64,000 bases of DNA from Octopus vulgaris. Lineage: Eukaryota. Positions 1 to 11,445 of the stretch are shown here, piece after piece. The position numbers and the translations under genes were made by a program. The stretch lies in the NCBI GenBank assembly GCA_951406725.2, contig OX597822.1, positions 46,748,001 to 46,812,000 on the forward strand, given 5' to 3'. Under the pieces are notes generated by a model that saw nothing but the letters and a program-made list of their open reading frames with translations, searched no databases and was not told the DNA's origin. Numbering within the stretch: position 1 is the stretch's first letter; every line of letters starts with the position of its first letter.

Positions 1-321
1 TCCCAGCCACGCAGTTCAAGGTTCAGTCCCACTGTGTGGCACCTTGGGCAGTTGTCTTCTATAAAGCTTCAGGTTGACCAAAGCCTTGTAAGTGGTTTTG
101 GTAGATGGAAACTGAAAGAAGCCTGTCATATGTGTGTGTGTGTCTGCATTTGTACCACCACCACCATCACTTCTTGACAACTGGTGTTGGTGTGTTTATG
201 TCCCCGTGACTTAGTTCAGCAAAAGAGACCGCTAGAATAACTACTAGGCTTAAGAAATAAGTCCAGGGGTCAATGTGGTGCTCCAGCATGGCCACAGTCA
301 AATGACTGAAACAAGTGAAAA
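1..321 (+). mobile_element. SINE family B (tRNA-derived head, CORE-like segment), cut by window start
   Basis: B-box-like GGTTCAGTCCC, then GGCACCTTGGGCAG (CORE-like) and the tail ...GGTGCTCCAGCATGGCCACAGTCAAATGACTGAAACAAGT shared with more than 10 copies in the window. Confidence 0.85.
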
Positions 322-344
322 ACTATATATTTGTGAGTGTGTGT

Positions 345-570
345 ATATTTGTGTCTCCTTGTCTTAATATTACATGGTTGTTGTAAATGAATGCCATTCA
401 TTTTCAATATTCTGTGTGGAAATTGTCTGGCCATAGGGAAAGTATTCCTTGCTTAGAAATAGATAATGGTTGATGACAGGAAAGGCATCCAGCCATAGAA
501 AACTTGCCTTGGTAAACTCTCCTCTGATTCCTGAAAGAATGGGAAAATAGATGTTAAAATGATGGAAGAA
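345..570 (+). mobile_element. SINE family D body/tail fragment (GAT-tailed)
   Basis: TGTCTGGCCATAGGGAAA...GACAGGAAAGGCATCCAGCCATAGAAAA...GATGTTAAAATGATG; homologous to 17790-18005 and 40290-40500. Confidence 0.65.
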
Positions 571-629
571 GTAATTGAGCACCAGACTAAATGCACCACT
601 GTGAGTTCAAATCCCACCGAGATCTAGTC

Positions 630-985
630 TTTTATTCTTTTACTTGTCTCAGTCATTTGACTATAACCATATTGAGCAAATCGACCCCAGGACTTATTCT
701 TTGTAAGCCTAGTACTTATTCTATCAGTCTCTTTTACTGAACTAAGTTACAGGGATGTAAACACACCAGCATCAGTTGTCATGCGATGGTGGAGGAACAA
801 ACACATACAAACATACGCACACACACACATATGCAACAGACTTCTTTCAGTTTCCGTCTGCTAAATCCACTCACAAGGCTTTGGTCGGCCTCAGGCTATA
901 GCAGAAGACACTTGCCGAAGATACTACACCATGGGACTGAACCCAGAACCATGTGGTTGGTAAGCTAGCTTCTTACCACACAGCC
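630..985 (-). mobile_element. SINE family B, near full length
   Basis: Reverse complement of the family B consensus from tail (ACTTGTCTCAGTCATTTGAC) to head (ACCATGTGGTTGGTAAGC...TTACCACACAGCC). Confidence 0.85.
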
Positions 986-1249
986 TCTCCATAACCTGTT
1001 GACTGTCCATTCATAGTTTCCCCTCCATCTTCTTTTATCCACTCTGGCTCATTCTGTCGTGCTCCTTTTTAGTATTTTCCCTTTCTGTTTACATTTGTCT
1101 TCCTGTCTCCCTCTCTTCTTTGCCTGGTTCTCTCTTCTCTGCATAATATCTCTCTCTCCCCCTTTTGCTCTGTCAATTTAATCAACTGTGCCCATCTCAC
1201 AAAGTATGTCGCTTTGTGCCAATGCTAGAAACCATTATTATTATTATCA

Positions 1250-1676
1250 TTGCCTTTGCACAGCTTCTAATGCTGGAGATGTACTACGGTGTCAGCTGTT
1301 CACTACCAGTGAACTAAGGTAACACCTCTTATTTTTTGAGCACCTTCTGGAGTATTCAAGCAGTTCTAAGCAGTGCTGTTTTCAGCAAGTGCTCCACCCT
1401 TATTGCAGCCCCTATTTGTTCCGCGTACTTTTTGAGATTTTTGCTCACTGTTCTTAGGGCTCTGACAATTATTGGTACTACTGCTAGCTTTTTCATCGAC
1501 CACAACTGCTTAACCTCCCAAGCTAACCTGTCATAGCTATCGACTTTTCTTTCTTCCTTATCGCATGCCTTGTCAGCTGGGCATGCTATATCTATGATCC
1601 AGCATAGTTTGTTTTCTTTCTCAATTAAATGTCTGGCTTCCTATTCTCAATCTCATGGTCGCACTGAATCATAAAA

Positions 1677-1678
<2 letters not shown>
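1250..1678 (-). mobile_element. 5'-truncated R4/Dong-clade non-LTR retrotransposon (RLE endonuclease C-terminus plus 3' UTR), pseudogenised
   Basis: Manual translation across one frameshift: DFMIQCDHEIENRKPD/LIEKENKLCWIIDIACPAD...KVDSYDRLAWEVKQLWSMKKLAVVPIIVRAL...TALLRTA*ILQKVL, matching the RPD...D...K..Y..LA.E...LW motif series; flanked on both sides by (TAA)n, the known Dong target. Confidence 0.85.
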
Positions 1679-1719
<41 letters not shown>

Positions 1720-2309
1720 AATTATTATTTACGAATTTGTTTCTTCTTCTGTGTAATGAATTATTTGAAGCATGCTGTTTCCAGTTGGATGGCCATCCTT
1801 TCTTTGACTTGCCTATCATAAAATAACAGTATTACCTGCACTACTTTATATTTACACTGATAATCATTTTTTTTTTCTGCCAAGCATCACATTCTATAGG
1901 AAGTATCTCTTCTGGTGACCATGCCCTCCACTGATAACTTTTGCTATTATAATTGTGTGTTTAGCGAGTTCAGTTCAAGGATGTTAGGACATGCATTGTG
2001 TGTTGTAGACTAAATATTTGCATGCTTTTTGTTCAGTGAAGTGGTTGTGGATAACAAACCTCATTTAGTTGACATATTTTTCTCTTACTGATTTACATCC
2101 ATTTTGTGTGCTTGTGTGAGTAAGATGAATTGAGTTATTTGTGAGAGGAATATGCTTTTAAAGTTGGACGATTGTCTCCCATCACTTGGAATTGAACTTG
2201 TTGTCAGTTTCTGCCTTGTCCGGGATTATGACAGCTAAAAATATGAACATAAGACCACAGAGTCAATAGATCAGTAACTTTAGTGTCTTATTAATATTTA
2301 CTTCATTAA

Positions 2310-2533
2310 CCCTTTCGTTATTATATTTCTGTTGAGATGCTCTGTATTTCTTTCAATTGATTTTAAATATAACAATAAAGAATTTAGTAAAATAACTTAG
2401 TTATTATTCAGTTAGTGTTAGGAACATAAATTGTGACTAAGGTTTGGTGGAAGATTTTAATTCAAAACTTATGGAAACAGGACATTTGTACTCAGAGCCA
2501 GAGGCAGTTTCAGCCGGGTTGGTAACGAAAGGG
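2310..2533. mobile_element. piggyBac-type MITE family 1
   Basis: TTAA|CCCTTTCGTTA...TAACGAAAGGG|TTAA terminal inverted repeats with TTAA TSD. Confidence 0.9.
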
Positions 2534-2537
2534 TTAA

Positions 2538-2752
2538 AGATGGCAAACTGGCAGAATCATTAGCACAGCAAGTGAAATGCTCAGCAGCATTTCATCCATC
2601 TTTACATTCTGAGTTCAAATTCCACCAAGGTCAACTTTGCCTTTCATCCTTTCAGGGTCGATAAAATTAGTGCCAGCTGAGCATTGGGGTCAATGTAATC
2701 AACTCATCCCCTCCCCTAAAATTGCTGGCCTTGTCCCAGAATTTGAAACTGA
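2538..2752 (+). mobile_element. SINE family A (tRNA head plus Meta/MESC-like central domain)
   Basis: TGGCAGAATCATTAGCA A-box region, GAGTTCAAATTCC B-box, GCCTTTCATCCTTTCAGGGTCGATAAAATTAG domain. Confidence 0.85.
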
Positions 2753-2899
2753 TATTTACTTCATTAGATTAGCTATTTTATCCTGAATAAAAAATACTTG
2801 TAGGTGTTACTCTATAGCTCACTGGAGCTGAAAGGTCTTTAACGATAACAGTAAGTTGTATGTACAGATAGATAATGCTGGGCTTTAGTGTTGCTGTCC

Positions 2900-3410
2900 T
2901 GATTGTATTACATTTGTGTTTCTTTGTGTCTTTAAAGGGAAACTGATGTCTCCTTCTCACTATTATGAATCAGCCGAGAGTTGCTAGTATGGTAGGCAAT
3001 GATGTTTCCCCGTGTTAGGCATAGTTGGTTCAGTAGAGTTTCCCTCCACAAATAACAAGACGGGATATGTTTTCATTTTATCACATATTCATGACCACCT
3101 TAAGTTTTTACAATAGGTATGAAACCATAGAGATTTTTTTCGTCTTTTTCTAGGGTGTACCCAGACTCTCACTCTAGACAATATTTCTGGAAGTACTACT
3201 ACTCTATATAACATTGCATTTCTCTCTCCCAGTGAAAATAGATTTATTGATTTGAAGATATCAGTTAAGTCCAAATGTTGCCTATCTTGTCCCTATTTTC
3301 ATTTCTTCATCCAGTCAAACAGTATCTTTGAATATGCTGTCAAAATACATGAGCTAGTTTATTTTATTGAATATTTTGGGTCACAGGTCTCTGTAGCTCC
3401 TGATTTCATG
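2900..3410 (-). pseudogene. Possible highly decayed PIF1-like helicase fragment (Helitron)
   Basis: Broken minus-strand translation ...SKILFDW/DEEM...LTDIFKSINLFSLG...PEILSRV...LKVVMNM loosely follows the KLIIWDE..M / LRDI...FGG / GDFRQILPV / L..NMR order; many disruptions. Confidence 0.25.
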
Positions 3411-3699
3411 TTTTTGTTGTTGTTGTTGTTACTGTTTTTTTTTTCTTTCTATTTATTTACTGCTAGGACAATGTCATCTACCAGTCTTGTCATTCTTTCC
3501 CTGTACAACAAATGTTTATGCATTTTCTCTTTGTAAACTGGAACAGAACAAAAACTCATCACTTCCAATTCACTTTACCCACTACATATACAACCAGCTG
3601 CACTATCTTCTGACATTCAGAAGCTATTACCACTTACATTGTAAAATCCATGTGTTGGAGTTGGGGAAGGGATGACACAGATAAAAAGTTTGTTGTTTC

Positions 3700-4150
3700 T
3701 ACAGTTCTAGGTGCACAAGCCTTGTAAAAGCTGATGAATGACTTCTTCAAATGTAAAAGGTCAGTATCTGTTAACCCTATCCCTGAAGGCTATGACCAGT
3801 CAGTAAAGATTAGCTGGGAGCAGGGCCTGTAGTCTTTTGAAAAAGTGGTACCATTGTATAACATTCCAACTTTGGTGCACAGGGACAGAGATAAACTTAC
3901 TATCTAACTTTACACGTGTCAATATTTTACTCATCCTTTTAACCTGTGATATTGTAGGTCAGATAGCTCTGCAAATTTTCTATACGTAGTTGCTCAGTCT
4001 CGTAGACGAATCTCTCTCTGCTGCATTTCAGCAACTAGGTACCTATACAATTTATTGATCTGTTCTCTAGTGTGGCCAAATCTTCTTCAGCATTATCTTG
4101 TTTTCAAACTAGGATCACCTACATCAACCAGTTATGGAGTTGTTAACCCT
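3700..4150 (-). mobile_element. Decayed LINE (CR1/L2-group) RT C-terminal remnant
   Basis: TGTAGGTCAGATAGCTCTGCAAAT recurs at about 10437-10461, so it is repetitive; the broken translation only weakly resembles CR1-type C-termini. Confidence 0.25.
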
Positions 4151-4452
4151 CACTGATTCAAATTTTCACCGGTGATGAAAGATGCTAATCATATGCAAAT
4201 CAGTTTGCACAACTTCTTTCTATTGGCCAGTAAAAATATATGTATACTATATCAAATGATGTGGAGAATTCTGCAAAGTACCCCATTATCAGAAAGGAGT
4301 AAACTTGCTTCCCAGTTTCCCATATCTCAAATGCACATGTGCAGAACCAAATATCTTCAGATACCACACACTGTAAGAGTTAATATAGCAGTTCAGGTTA
4401 CCTTAATATACCAGTCAAATCCCTCTGAAATACAATCCCCTAATATCTTTAA

Positions 4453-4675
4453 CCCTTTTGATACCAACCGGCATGAGACCATCCTTGGTTTTGTAATAGA
4501 AACTTCATGCTTGAAAGTAATCTTAGTTTAAGCTTTCTATGAGAATTTGGTGTTAATTTATGTTCCAAACACCAGCTTTACAATGACAAAATTATTTTAC
4601 TAATTTCTCCATTATTTTCAAAATTAATTGAAACAAAAGGCAGTGTATTTCAACAAAAATCTGTTGACAAAAGGG
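4453..4675. mobile_element. piggyBac-type MITE family 1 (diverged)
   Basis: TTAA|CCCTTTTGA...ACAAAAGGG|TTAA; internal homology to 2310-2533. Confidence 0.85.
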
Positions 4676-5089
4676 TTAAAATATGGGTCAAGTATTGTGA
4701 ATCATAATCTTAGGACAGAAGGGGACCATATTAGAAATGCACACTTCAAACCTAGATGACACACAAGACTTAGTATTTTGATTACTAGACCCAAAACATC
4801 ATCTCAAGTAAACAAGAATTTGACCTGAAATAGCAAACATTTCTCTCAAATTACACTGTCTTGAAATGGAAATAATAAAATACTTGAATGATGGACAAGT
4901 GGGTTGTGGATGGAATACTTTTGATCATAGATCTGCTTCATCAGGCCTGGCACTAAGCAAATACAATAAGGCCCAACTCTAAAGTGGAAGTGGTAAATGA
5001 CAGCTTTACTGCCATTACATAGTTTGGTATTGGTAAGAGCCATTTGCATGACTTTGCTTGGTTTGTAGTTGAGCACTTCATTAATTAAC

Positions 5090-5440
5090 CTTCACAACCA
5101 TGTGGTTTTAAATTCTATCCTACTGTGCAGGACTTTGCCCAAGTGCCTTCTATTATAGCCCTGGGCCAACCACTGCCTTATGAGTGAATTTGGTTGATGG
5201 AAACTGTGGGGAAACTCTTCATGTACATTGGGTGCCAGTCCCCCACCATTATGACCATCATCACCACATGACAACTGGTGTTGGGTCATGTCCTTGTAAC
5301 TTAGCAGCTCAGCAAAAGTGCCCAATAAAATAAGTACCTGACTTTAAAAATATGTTCTGGGGTTGAGTTGTTCAACTGAGCACTTCATGATGTTACCCTA
5401 GCATGGCAACAGTCCAATGGTTGAATGAAGTAAAAGATTA
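5090..5440 (+). mobile_element. SINE family B, diverged
   Basis: CAACCATGTGGTTT...GCCCAAGTGCCTTCTATTATAGCCCTGGG...GTAACTTAGCAGCTCAGCAAAAG. Confidence 0.7.
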
Positions 5441-5527
5441 AAGTTATTCAAAGCTAATAATATTTGGCACACAGGTGCTTACCTTGTTGAAATTCCTCAT
5501 TATCATTTGTGTAATAATAATGCTTAA

Positions 5528-6445
5528 GTTGGGGAGCCGGCAGAAACGTTAGCACGCTGGGTGAAATGCTTAGTGGTATTTCGTTTTGTCTTTACGTTCT
5601 CAGTTCAAATTCTGCCAAGGTTGACTTTGCCTTTCATCCTTTCGGAGTCGATAAATTAAGTACCAGTTTTGTACTAAGGTTGGTCTAATCGACTGGCCCC
5701 CTCCCCCCAAATTTCAGGCCTTGTGCCTAGAGCAAAAAGCATTTTTTTTTTCTAAATGCTTAAGGCAGTGAGCTGGCAGAAATGTTAGCATGCTGAGGGA
5801 AATGTTTAGCAGTATTTCATCTGTCTTTATGTTCTGAGTTCAAATTCCGCCAAGGTCAACTTTGCCTTTCATCCTTTCAGGGTCGATAAATTAGGTACCA
5901 GTTGTGTACTAGGGTCAATCTAATCAACTACCTTCACGTCGCCCCCCCCTCCCCCAAAAAAAAAATTTGTGCCTAGAGTAGAAAAGAATGATGCTTCAGT
6001 TAGAATTTTAATTTGAATATGAAGAATTTAATTTGGTTTTAACTTGAGAGTAGCTTTTTAAATGTGACAGAATCTAGCTTGCAGATCTAATCTTGCAGGT
6101 AGACTAATTACTAATGTTAATATTTCTTATTGTGTAGGGTGGTAAGCTAGAATTATTGTTAGCTTAACAACATATCATGTGTGTTCATGTTCAGAATTCA
6201 AATTCTGCTGAGGTCAACTTTGCGTTTCATCCTTTTGGGGCCAGTAAGATAAGTAGCAGTTAAGCACGGGGAGTCTTGATTTAATTGTCTAACCCCGCCC
6301 CAAAATTGCTGGCCTTGTGCCTAAAATTTGAAACCAATATTTCTCATTAATGTTGGCAGAATCGTTAGTATGCTGGACAAAATGCTTAATGGTATTCCTT
6401 CTGGCTTTACATTCTGAGTTCAAATTCTGCCAAGGTCCATCCCTT
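5528..6445 (+). mobile_element. Cluster of four same-orientation family A SINEs
   Basis: Repeated GGCAGAA..GTTAGCA / GTTCAAATTCYGCC / GCCTTTCATCCTTT units starting near 5530, 5763, 6138 and 6350. Confidence 0.85.
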
Positions 6446-6534
6446 CCTGTTAACCACATCCATGGTTAAGGTTGAACTTAGCATTATGTGGTATGGAGGA
6501 CTAAAACAATTTTATACTGTTTCTACAGTACTTC

Positions 6535-6870
6535 ATGCATGGCTGTGTAGTTAAGAAGCTTGCTTTTCAACCACATAGTTTCAGGTTCAATCTCATTGCA
6601 TAGCACCTTCTTCAACTAGAGCCATGGGTCAACCAATACCTTGTGAGTGAATTTGGTGGTGGGAAACTGTGTAGAAGCCTGTCATATATATGCATATCTA
6701 TTTGTCCCTCCCCACTCATCACTTGACAACCAGTGTTGTTTGTTTACATCCCTGTAACTTAGCAATCCAGTATATGGAAGTAATAGAATTTGTACCAGAT
6801 TTAAAAAGCATCAAGGCAGTGCCCCAGCATAGCCCCATTACAATGACTGAAACAAATAAAAGATAAAAGA
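6535..6870 (+). mobile_element. SINE family B
   Basis: GCATGGCTGTGTAGTTAAGAAGCTTGCT head through AATGACTGAAACAAATAAAAGATAAAAGA tail. Confidence 0.8.
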
Positions 6871-7002
6871 TTATAGAATGCTTAAGCTGCACCTACCCAT
6901 GATACTTATTTACAGATAGTTAGATTCATCAAGCAATTAAGTGCCTTTGCTGTCAGCTCTGTAAAGTACTGGTGATGGGGAAAGAAGCCATTGGTTCTTT
7001 AA

Positions 7003-7222
7003 TCCTTTCAATACCAACCTGGCTAAAACTGCCTCTGGCTCTGTAATGTAAATGTCTTGTTTTCATAAGTTTTGAATTAAAATCTTCCACCAAACCTTAG
7101 TCGCAATTTATGTTCCTAACACTAGCTTAATGGTAGCTAAGTTATTTTACTAAATTCTTTGTTATATTTAAAATCAGTTCAGAGAAACACAGTGTCTCAA
7201 CAGAAATATGGTAACAGAAGGG
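7003..7222. mobile_element. piggyBac-type MITE family 1
   Basis: TTAA-flanked, TIR slightly mutated, homologous to 2310-2533 in reverse orientation. Confidence 0.85.
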
Positions 7223-7242
7223 TTAACAAATGATTAATTTAA

Positions 7243-7461
7243 CCCTTTTGATACCAACCTGGCTGAAACCACCTCTGGTTCTGTTGTACAAATGTCTTGT
7301 TTTTGAAAGTTCTGTATTAAAATCTTCCAAACCTTAGTCACAATTTATGTTCCTAACACTAACTTAATGGTAACTAAGTTATTTTACTAAATTCTTTGTT
7401 ATATTTAAAATCAATTGAAAGAAACAGAGAGCATCTCAAAATAAATACAGTAACAAAAGGG
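7243..7461. mobile_element. piggyBac-type MITE family 1 (tandem neighbour)
   Basis: TTAA|CCCTTTTGATAC...GTAACAAAAGGG|TTAA. Confidence 0.9.
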
Positions 7462-7499
7462 TTAAGCCTATTGGTTTGCATAGCAGAAGCTCTTCTACA

Positions 7500-9860
7500 C
7501 CTCCCAATAAAGTAACTGGTTCTCATTTCATCAACCTTGAAAGAGATAGAAATATTTTGAAGTTTACCCCAATGGAATTTGAAATCAAAATCAAATCATT
7601 AATCACTAAGGTAAGAGAAAACTAGTCCTGTGGTCGGCTGCATGGCTGGCCTCAGTAGGATTTGAACACTGAATGTTAAAACTGGGAACTTATATGGCAG
7701 AGCATTTTGTCTGATGTTCTAACAATTCTGCCAGTTCACCACCTTAATAATAATAATAATAATAATCCTTTCTACTGAAGGCACAAGGCCTGAAATGTTG
7801 GGGGAGCGGTAAGTCGATTACATCAACCCCAGCGCTCAAATGGTATTCATTTTATCAACCCCAAAAGGATGAAAGGTTTAGTCAACCTCGGTGGAATTTG
7901 AACTCAGGCATACAGATGGATGAAATGCTGCTTAGCAGTTTGCCCAATGAGCTAACAATTCTACTAGCTCACCGCCTTGATAATAATAATATTAATAATA
8001 ATCTGAAATTTTGGCATAAGGCCAGCAGTTTTGGGGGAGGAAGTAAATTGATTGCCTTTCATCCTTTTGGAGGTCATGCATAGTTGATCTCAACAGAATT
8101 TGAAGGCGGGCAAGATGCTGCTAAGCATTTCGCCCAGCATGGTAATAATTCTGCTAAGCTCACCACCTTAAATAATAATAGCTCTTTCTAATGAAGGCAT
8201 AAGGCCTGGAATTTGGGAGAGGGGCTCATCAATTACATAAACCCCTTGACTGGTAATTTAATTTATCGACTTTAAAAGGATGGAAGTGTTGATCTTGGCA
8301 GAATTTGAACTTAAGACATAAAGAACCAGTAATGCCACTTGGCGTTTTGTCCAATGGACCTTGTGATTCTGCCAGCTCAAAGCCCTTCATAATAATTCTT
8401 TCGACTATAGGCACAAGGTTTGAAATTTGGTGGGAGGGTGGCTAGTTGATTACATCAACTCCCAGTGATTGACTAGTATAATTTCATGGGCCCTGAAGAG
8501 ATGAAAGGCAGAGGTTGATGTTGGCAGGATTTGAACTCAGAATTTGAAAATCAGGCAAATTGTTAGTTCACTGTCTAAAATGGTTTCAGATCTTGGCACA
8601 AGACCAGTCATTTTCGGGCAAGAGGGGTGGGTTGATTATATTTACCCCAGTACTTGGTACTTATTTTATCAACTCTGAGGAGATAGAAAGGCCAAGTTAA
8701 CTATGGATTTGAACTCAGAACATAGAGCAGGAAAAAATACCTCTAAGCATTTGTCTGATGCTTTAATGGTTCTGCCGCGAATAATTATGATGATAATAAG
8801 GGTTTTGAATTTTGCCACAAGGCCAGCAATTTTTAGGGAGGAGGTAAGTTAATAACATTGACCCCTCCCCCCAGTATTTGACTGGTACTGAACCCCTGGA
8901 AGGATGAAAGGCAAACTTAAGCTCATTGAGTTTGAACTTAGAAGATTAAAAGCCAGTATAAATGCCTCTTTAGTAACCCTTTCTACTATTGGCACAAGCC
9001 CCAAACTTTTGGAGAAAGGAGGCTAGTCAATTACATCGACCTTAGTACTTTACTGATACTAATTTTATCGACCCTGAAATGATGAAAAGCAAAGTTGACC
9101 TTGGTAGGATTTGAACTCAAGACATAAATACAGGCAAAATGCTGCTGAGTATTTAATCCAGCATGCCTATGGTTCTGCCAGTTCACCACCTTTAATAATA
9201 TTTTCTACTGAAATTTTGGGGGAGGTGGGGCAGTTGATTAGGTCAACCCCAGTACGCAACTGGTACTTAATTTATCAACCCCAAAAAGGAAAGGCAAAGT
9301 TGACCTTGGCAGAATTTGAACTCAGAATGTGGCAATGAACGAAATACCGCTAAGCATTTTGTCCAGCGCGTTAACGATTCTGCCAGCTCATTGACTTTAC
9401 CACATTTAATAATAGCAATAATTGTTTAAAATTTTGGCACAAGCCAGCAGTTTTTGAGGGGAGGGGGAAGTTTGTTAAATAATAATAATAATATGACTAG
9501 TGGTTTCAAATTTTGCCACAAGGCCCACAGTTTCAAGGGTGGGAATAAGTTGATTAGATTGACCCCAAAAAGATGAAAGGCAATGTCAAACCTTGGCAGA
9601 ATTTGAACTCAGAATGTAAAGACTGAAGAAATTCTTCCAAACATTTTGCCTGACATGCAAACAATTGAGCAATAATAATAATAATAGTGATGGTGGTGAT
9701 AATCTCTTAACATTGATGCAAGTGTGAAAAAAAAAAAAAATTTGTAGGAGAGAGAGGTAGTTAATTTGCTGAGTTCAGTAAACAACTTTTTTTTTTTGTG
9801 GACTTTTTTCCTTATAATTGCAAAACACAGAAGTTGGTTGGATTTGAACTCAGGGTATAG
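7500..9860 (-). mobile_element. Head-to-tail array of about 10 family A SINEs separated by (AAT)n
   Basis: Recurrent GGCACAAGGCC...AGGATGAAAGGC...GAATTTGAACTCAG...TTCTGCCAGCTCACC units with AATAATAAT linkers. Confidence 0.85.
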
Positions 9861-10063
9861 AAGGATGAAACTAAATACTTATATATGACATTACATGTAA
9901 TGCACTGCACCCTCTTCAACCTCATATCTATAGGGGCCAATCCAATTTAGTCTGTCATTTAACTGATTTTTTGCCTGACATTTAAGATTTATTAGATACG
10001 GCATAAGATAGATATTCTTGGGTCTTAGGGTCATTCTAGGTGTACAGGAGTAATGAGTTAGGT

Positions 10064-10377
10064 CAATAGTTCTCAACCACGGTCCATATAAGATTTTTGG
10101 GGGTCCGCAAAGCAAATGAGTACATTGAGGGTCCACAATAATATTTTAGGGGCCCCTGAAAATCTTTTGCTTGGTATATATAGCAAGAAGCAGCTTGGTT
10201 TCTTTCTCTAGCATTTTACGTATTCAACCTACACAAGTTAATGTGTGAAAAATGAAATAGGAATTTTGAAAAAAGTATCTATAAAATTAATTTTTAGACA
10301 CAATGGCTATGGGGGTCCACTAAAATAAAATGCTAATCAAAGGGATCCATAGGTAAAAAAATGGATGAGAACCCCCG
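10064..10377. mobile_element. hAT-type MITE
   Basis: Degenerate TIR CAATAGTTCTCAACC / GGATGAGAACCCCCG with a perfect 8-bp TSD AGTTAGGT (10056-10063, 10378-10385); related ends near 12891 and 48420-48495. Confidence 0.8.
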
Positions 10378-10689
10378 AGTTAGGTTACAGATCTGTTGTG
10401 TGTGTCAGTATTTCATATCTTTACTCTCCATGATGATGTAGGTTAGATAGCTCTGCAAATCTTGAGACATACATGAATGGTTTCTACATAGTTTTTCAAT
10501 CATCATCATTTAATGTCCACTTTTCCAAGCATGCATGGGTCACATGGAATTTATTGAGGCAGATTCTCTACAGCCCTATGCCCTTCATGTGCTGCCACAA
10601 AACATTTTGTCCAGTGTTCTGACAGTTATACTAATCCACTAGCTTCATCATCATCAATCCCTGGACATTTCTATCTCAAGTCGTAGGAC

Positions 10690-10895
10690 TGGTTTCCATG
10701 GTATCCAAGTGATTGAGATCACAATGATCCACCCAAATAGAATGCCAGTTTGTTGCTGGGTTACTCATTTACGGTTGAGTAGACTGGAGCAATGTAAATG
10801 GAGGGTCTTACTCAAGAACGTAATGCACCACCCAGTCCAGGAACCAAATCCACCATCTTGCAATCGTGAGTGAAACACCCTAACCTCCAGGCCAC
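10690..10895 (-). mobile_element. SINE family E (tRNA head; TGCTCCAGTCCACTCAGCTG Nin/Deu-like segment)
   Basis: GAGTAGACTGGAGCAATG...CTCAAGAAC...CCCTAACC; further copies near 20860-21115, 25430-25640, 26400-26600, 42733-42900, 50490-50680, 52740-52976 and 57030-57300. Confidence 0.7.
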
Positions 10896-11097
10896 TTTGG
10901 ACTGTTCAGAAGTGATGAACATCAAAGTTAGCTTTGGCAAGATTGGAACTCGGAATGTAAAGAACTGGAACAAATACTGCAAATAATTTTGTCCAACCCT
11001 TTAGCATTTAAACTGGCCATATCCAGCCCAAATATTCTACCAGTTTTATGTTCAACTTGCCAAGATCTAGCTTCTCACACCTGCCCTACATTGTCAA

Positions 11098-11445
11098 TTG
11101 AAATCAAATTCGATGACTGGCATCCATGCTAGTGGAGTGCTAAGAGCACCATCCAAGCATGATTGTTGCCAAAGCAGCAAACTGGCCTCCGTGCCGGTGG
11201 CACATAAAAAACACCATTCGAGCGTGATCGTTACCAGCGTCTCCTTACTGGTGCTTGTGCCAATGGCACGTGAAAAAACATTCGAGCGAGGTCGTTGCCA
11301 GTGCCGCTGGACTGGCTCCTGTGCAGATGGCACGTAAAAATCACCATTTGAGCATAGCCGTTGCCAGTGCCGCCTGATTGGCCCTCGTACCGGTGACACA
11401 TAAAAGCACCCACTACACTCTCGGAGTGGTTGGTGTTAGGAAGGG
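11098..11445 (+). mobile_element. SINE-like family C with internal tandem hairpin modules (3' part lost)
   Basis: AAATCAAATTCGATGACTGGCATCC start, four GTGCCNNTGGCAC-AAAA-CACC modules, then CACTACACTCTCGGAGTGGTTGGTGTTAGGAAGGG. Confidence 0.85.

Noticed and set aside
1250-1678. Dong as the mobilising partner of family A SINE chains
   Set aside because: No shared 3' tail is visible, and Dong reads into (AAT)n while family A reads into (ATT)n on its sense strand
11190-11410. CRISPR-like array of palindromic repeats
   Set aside because: The spacers are homologous to each other, the array lies inside a dispersed eukaryotic retroposon, and there are no cas genes
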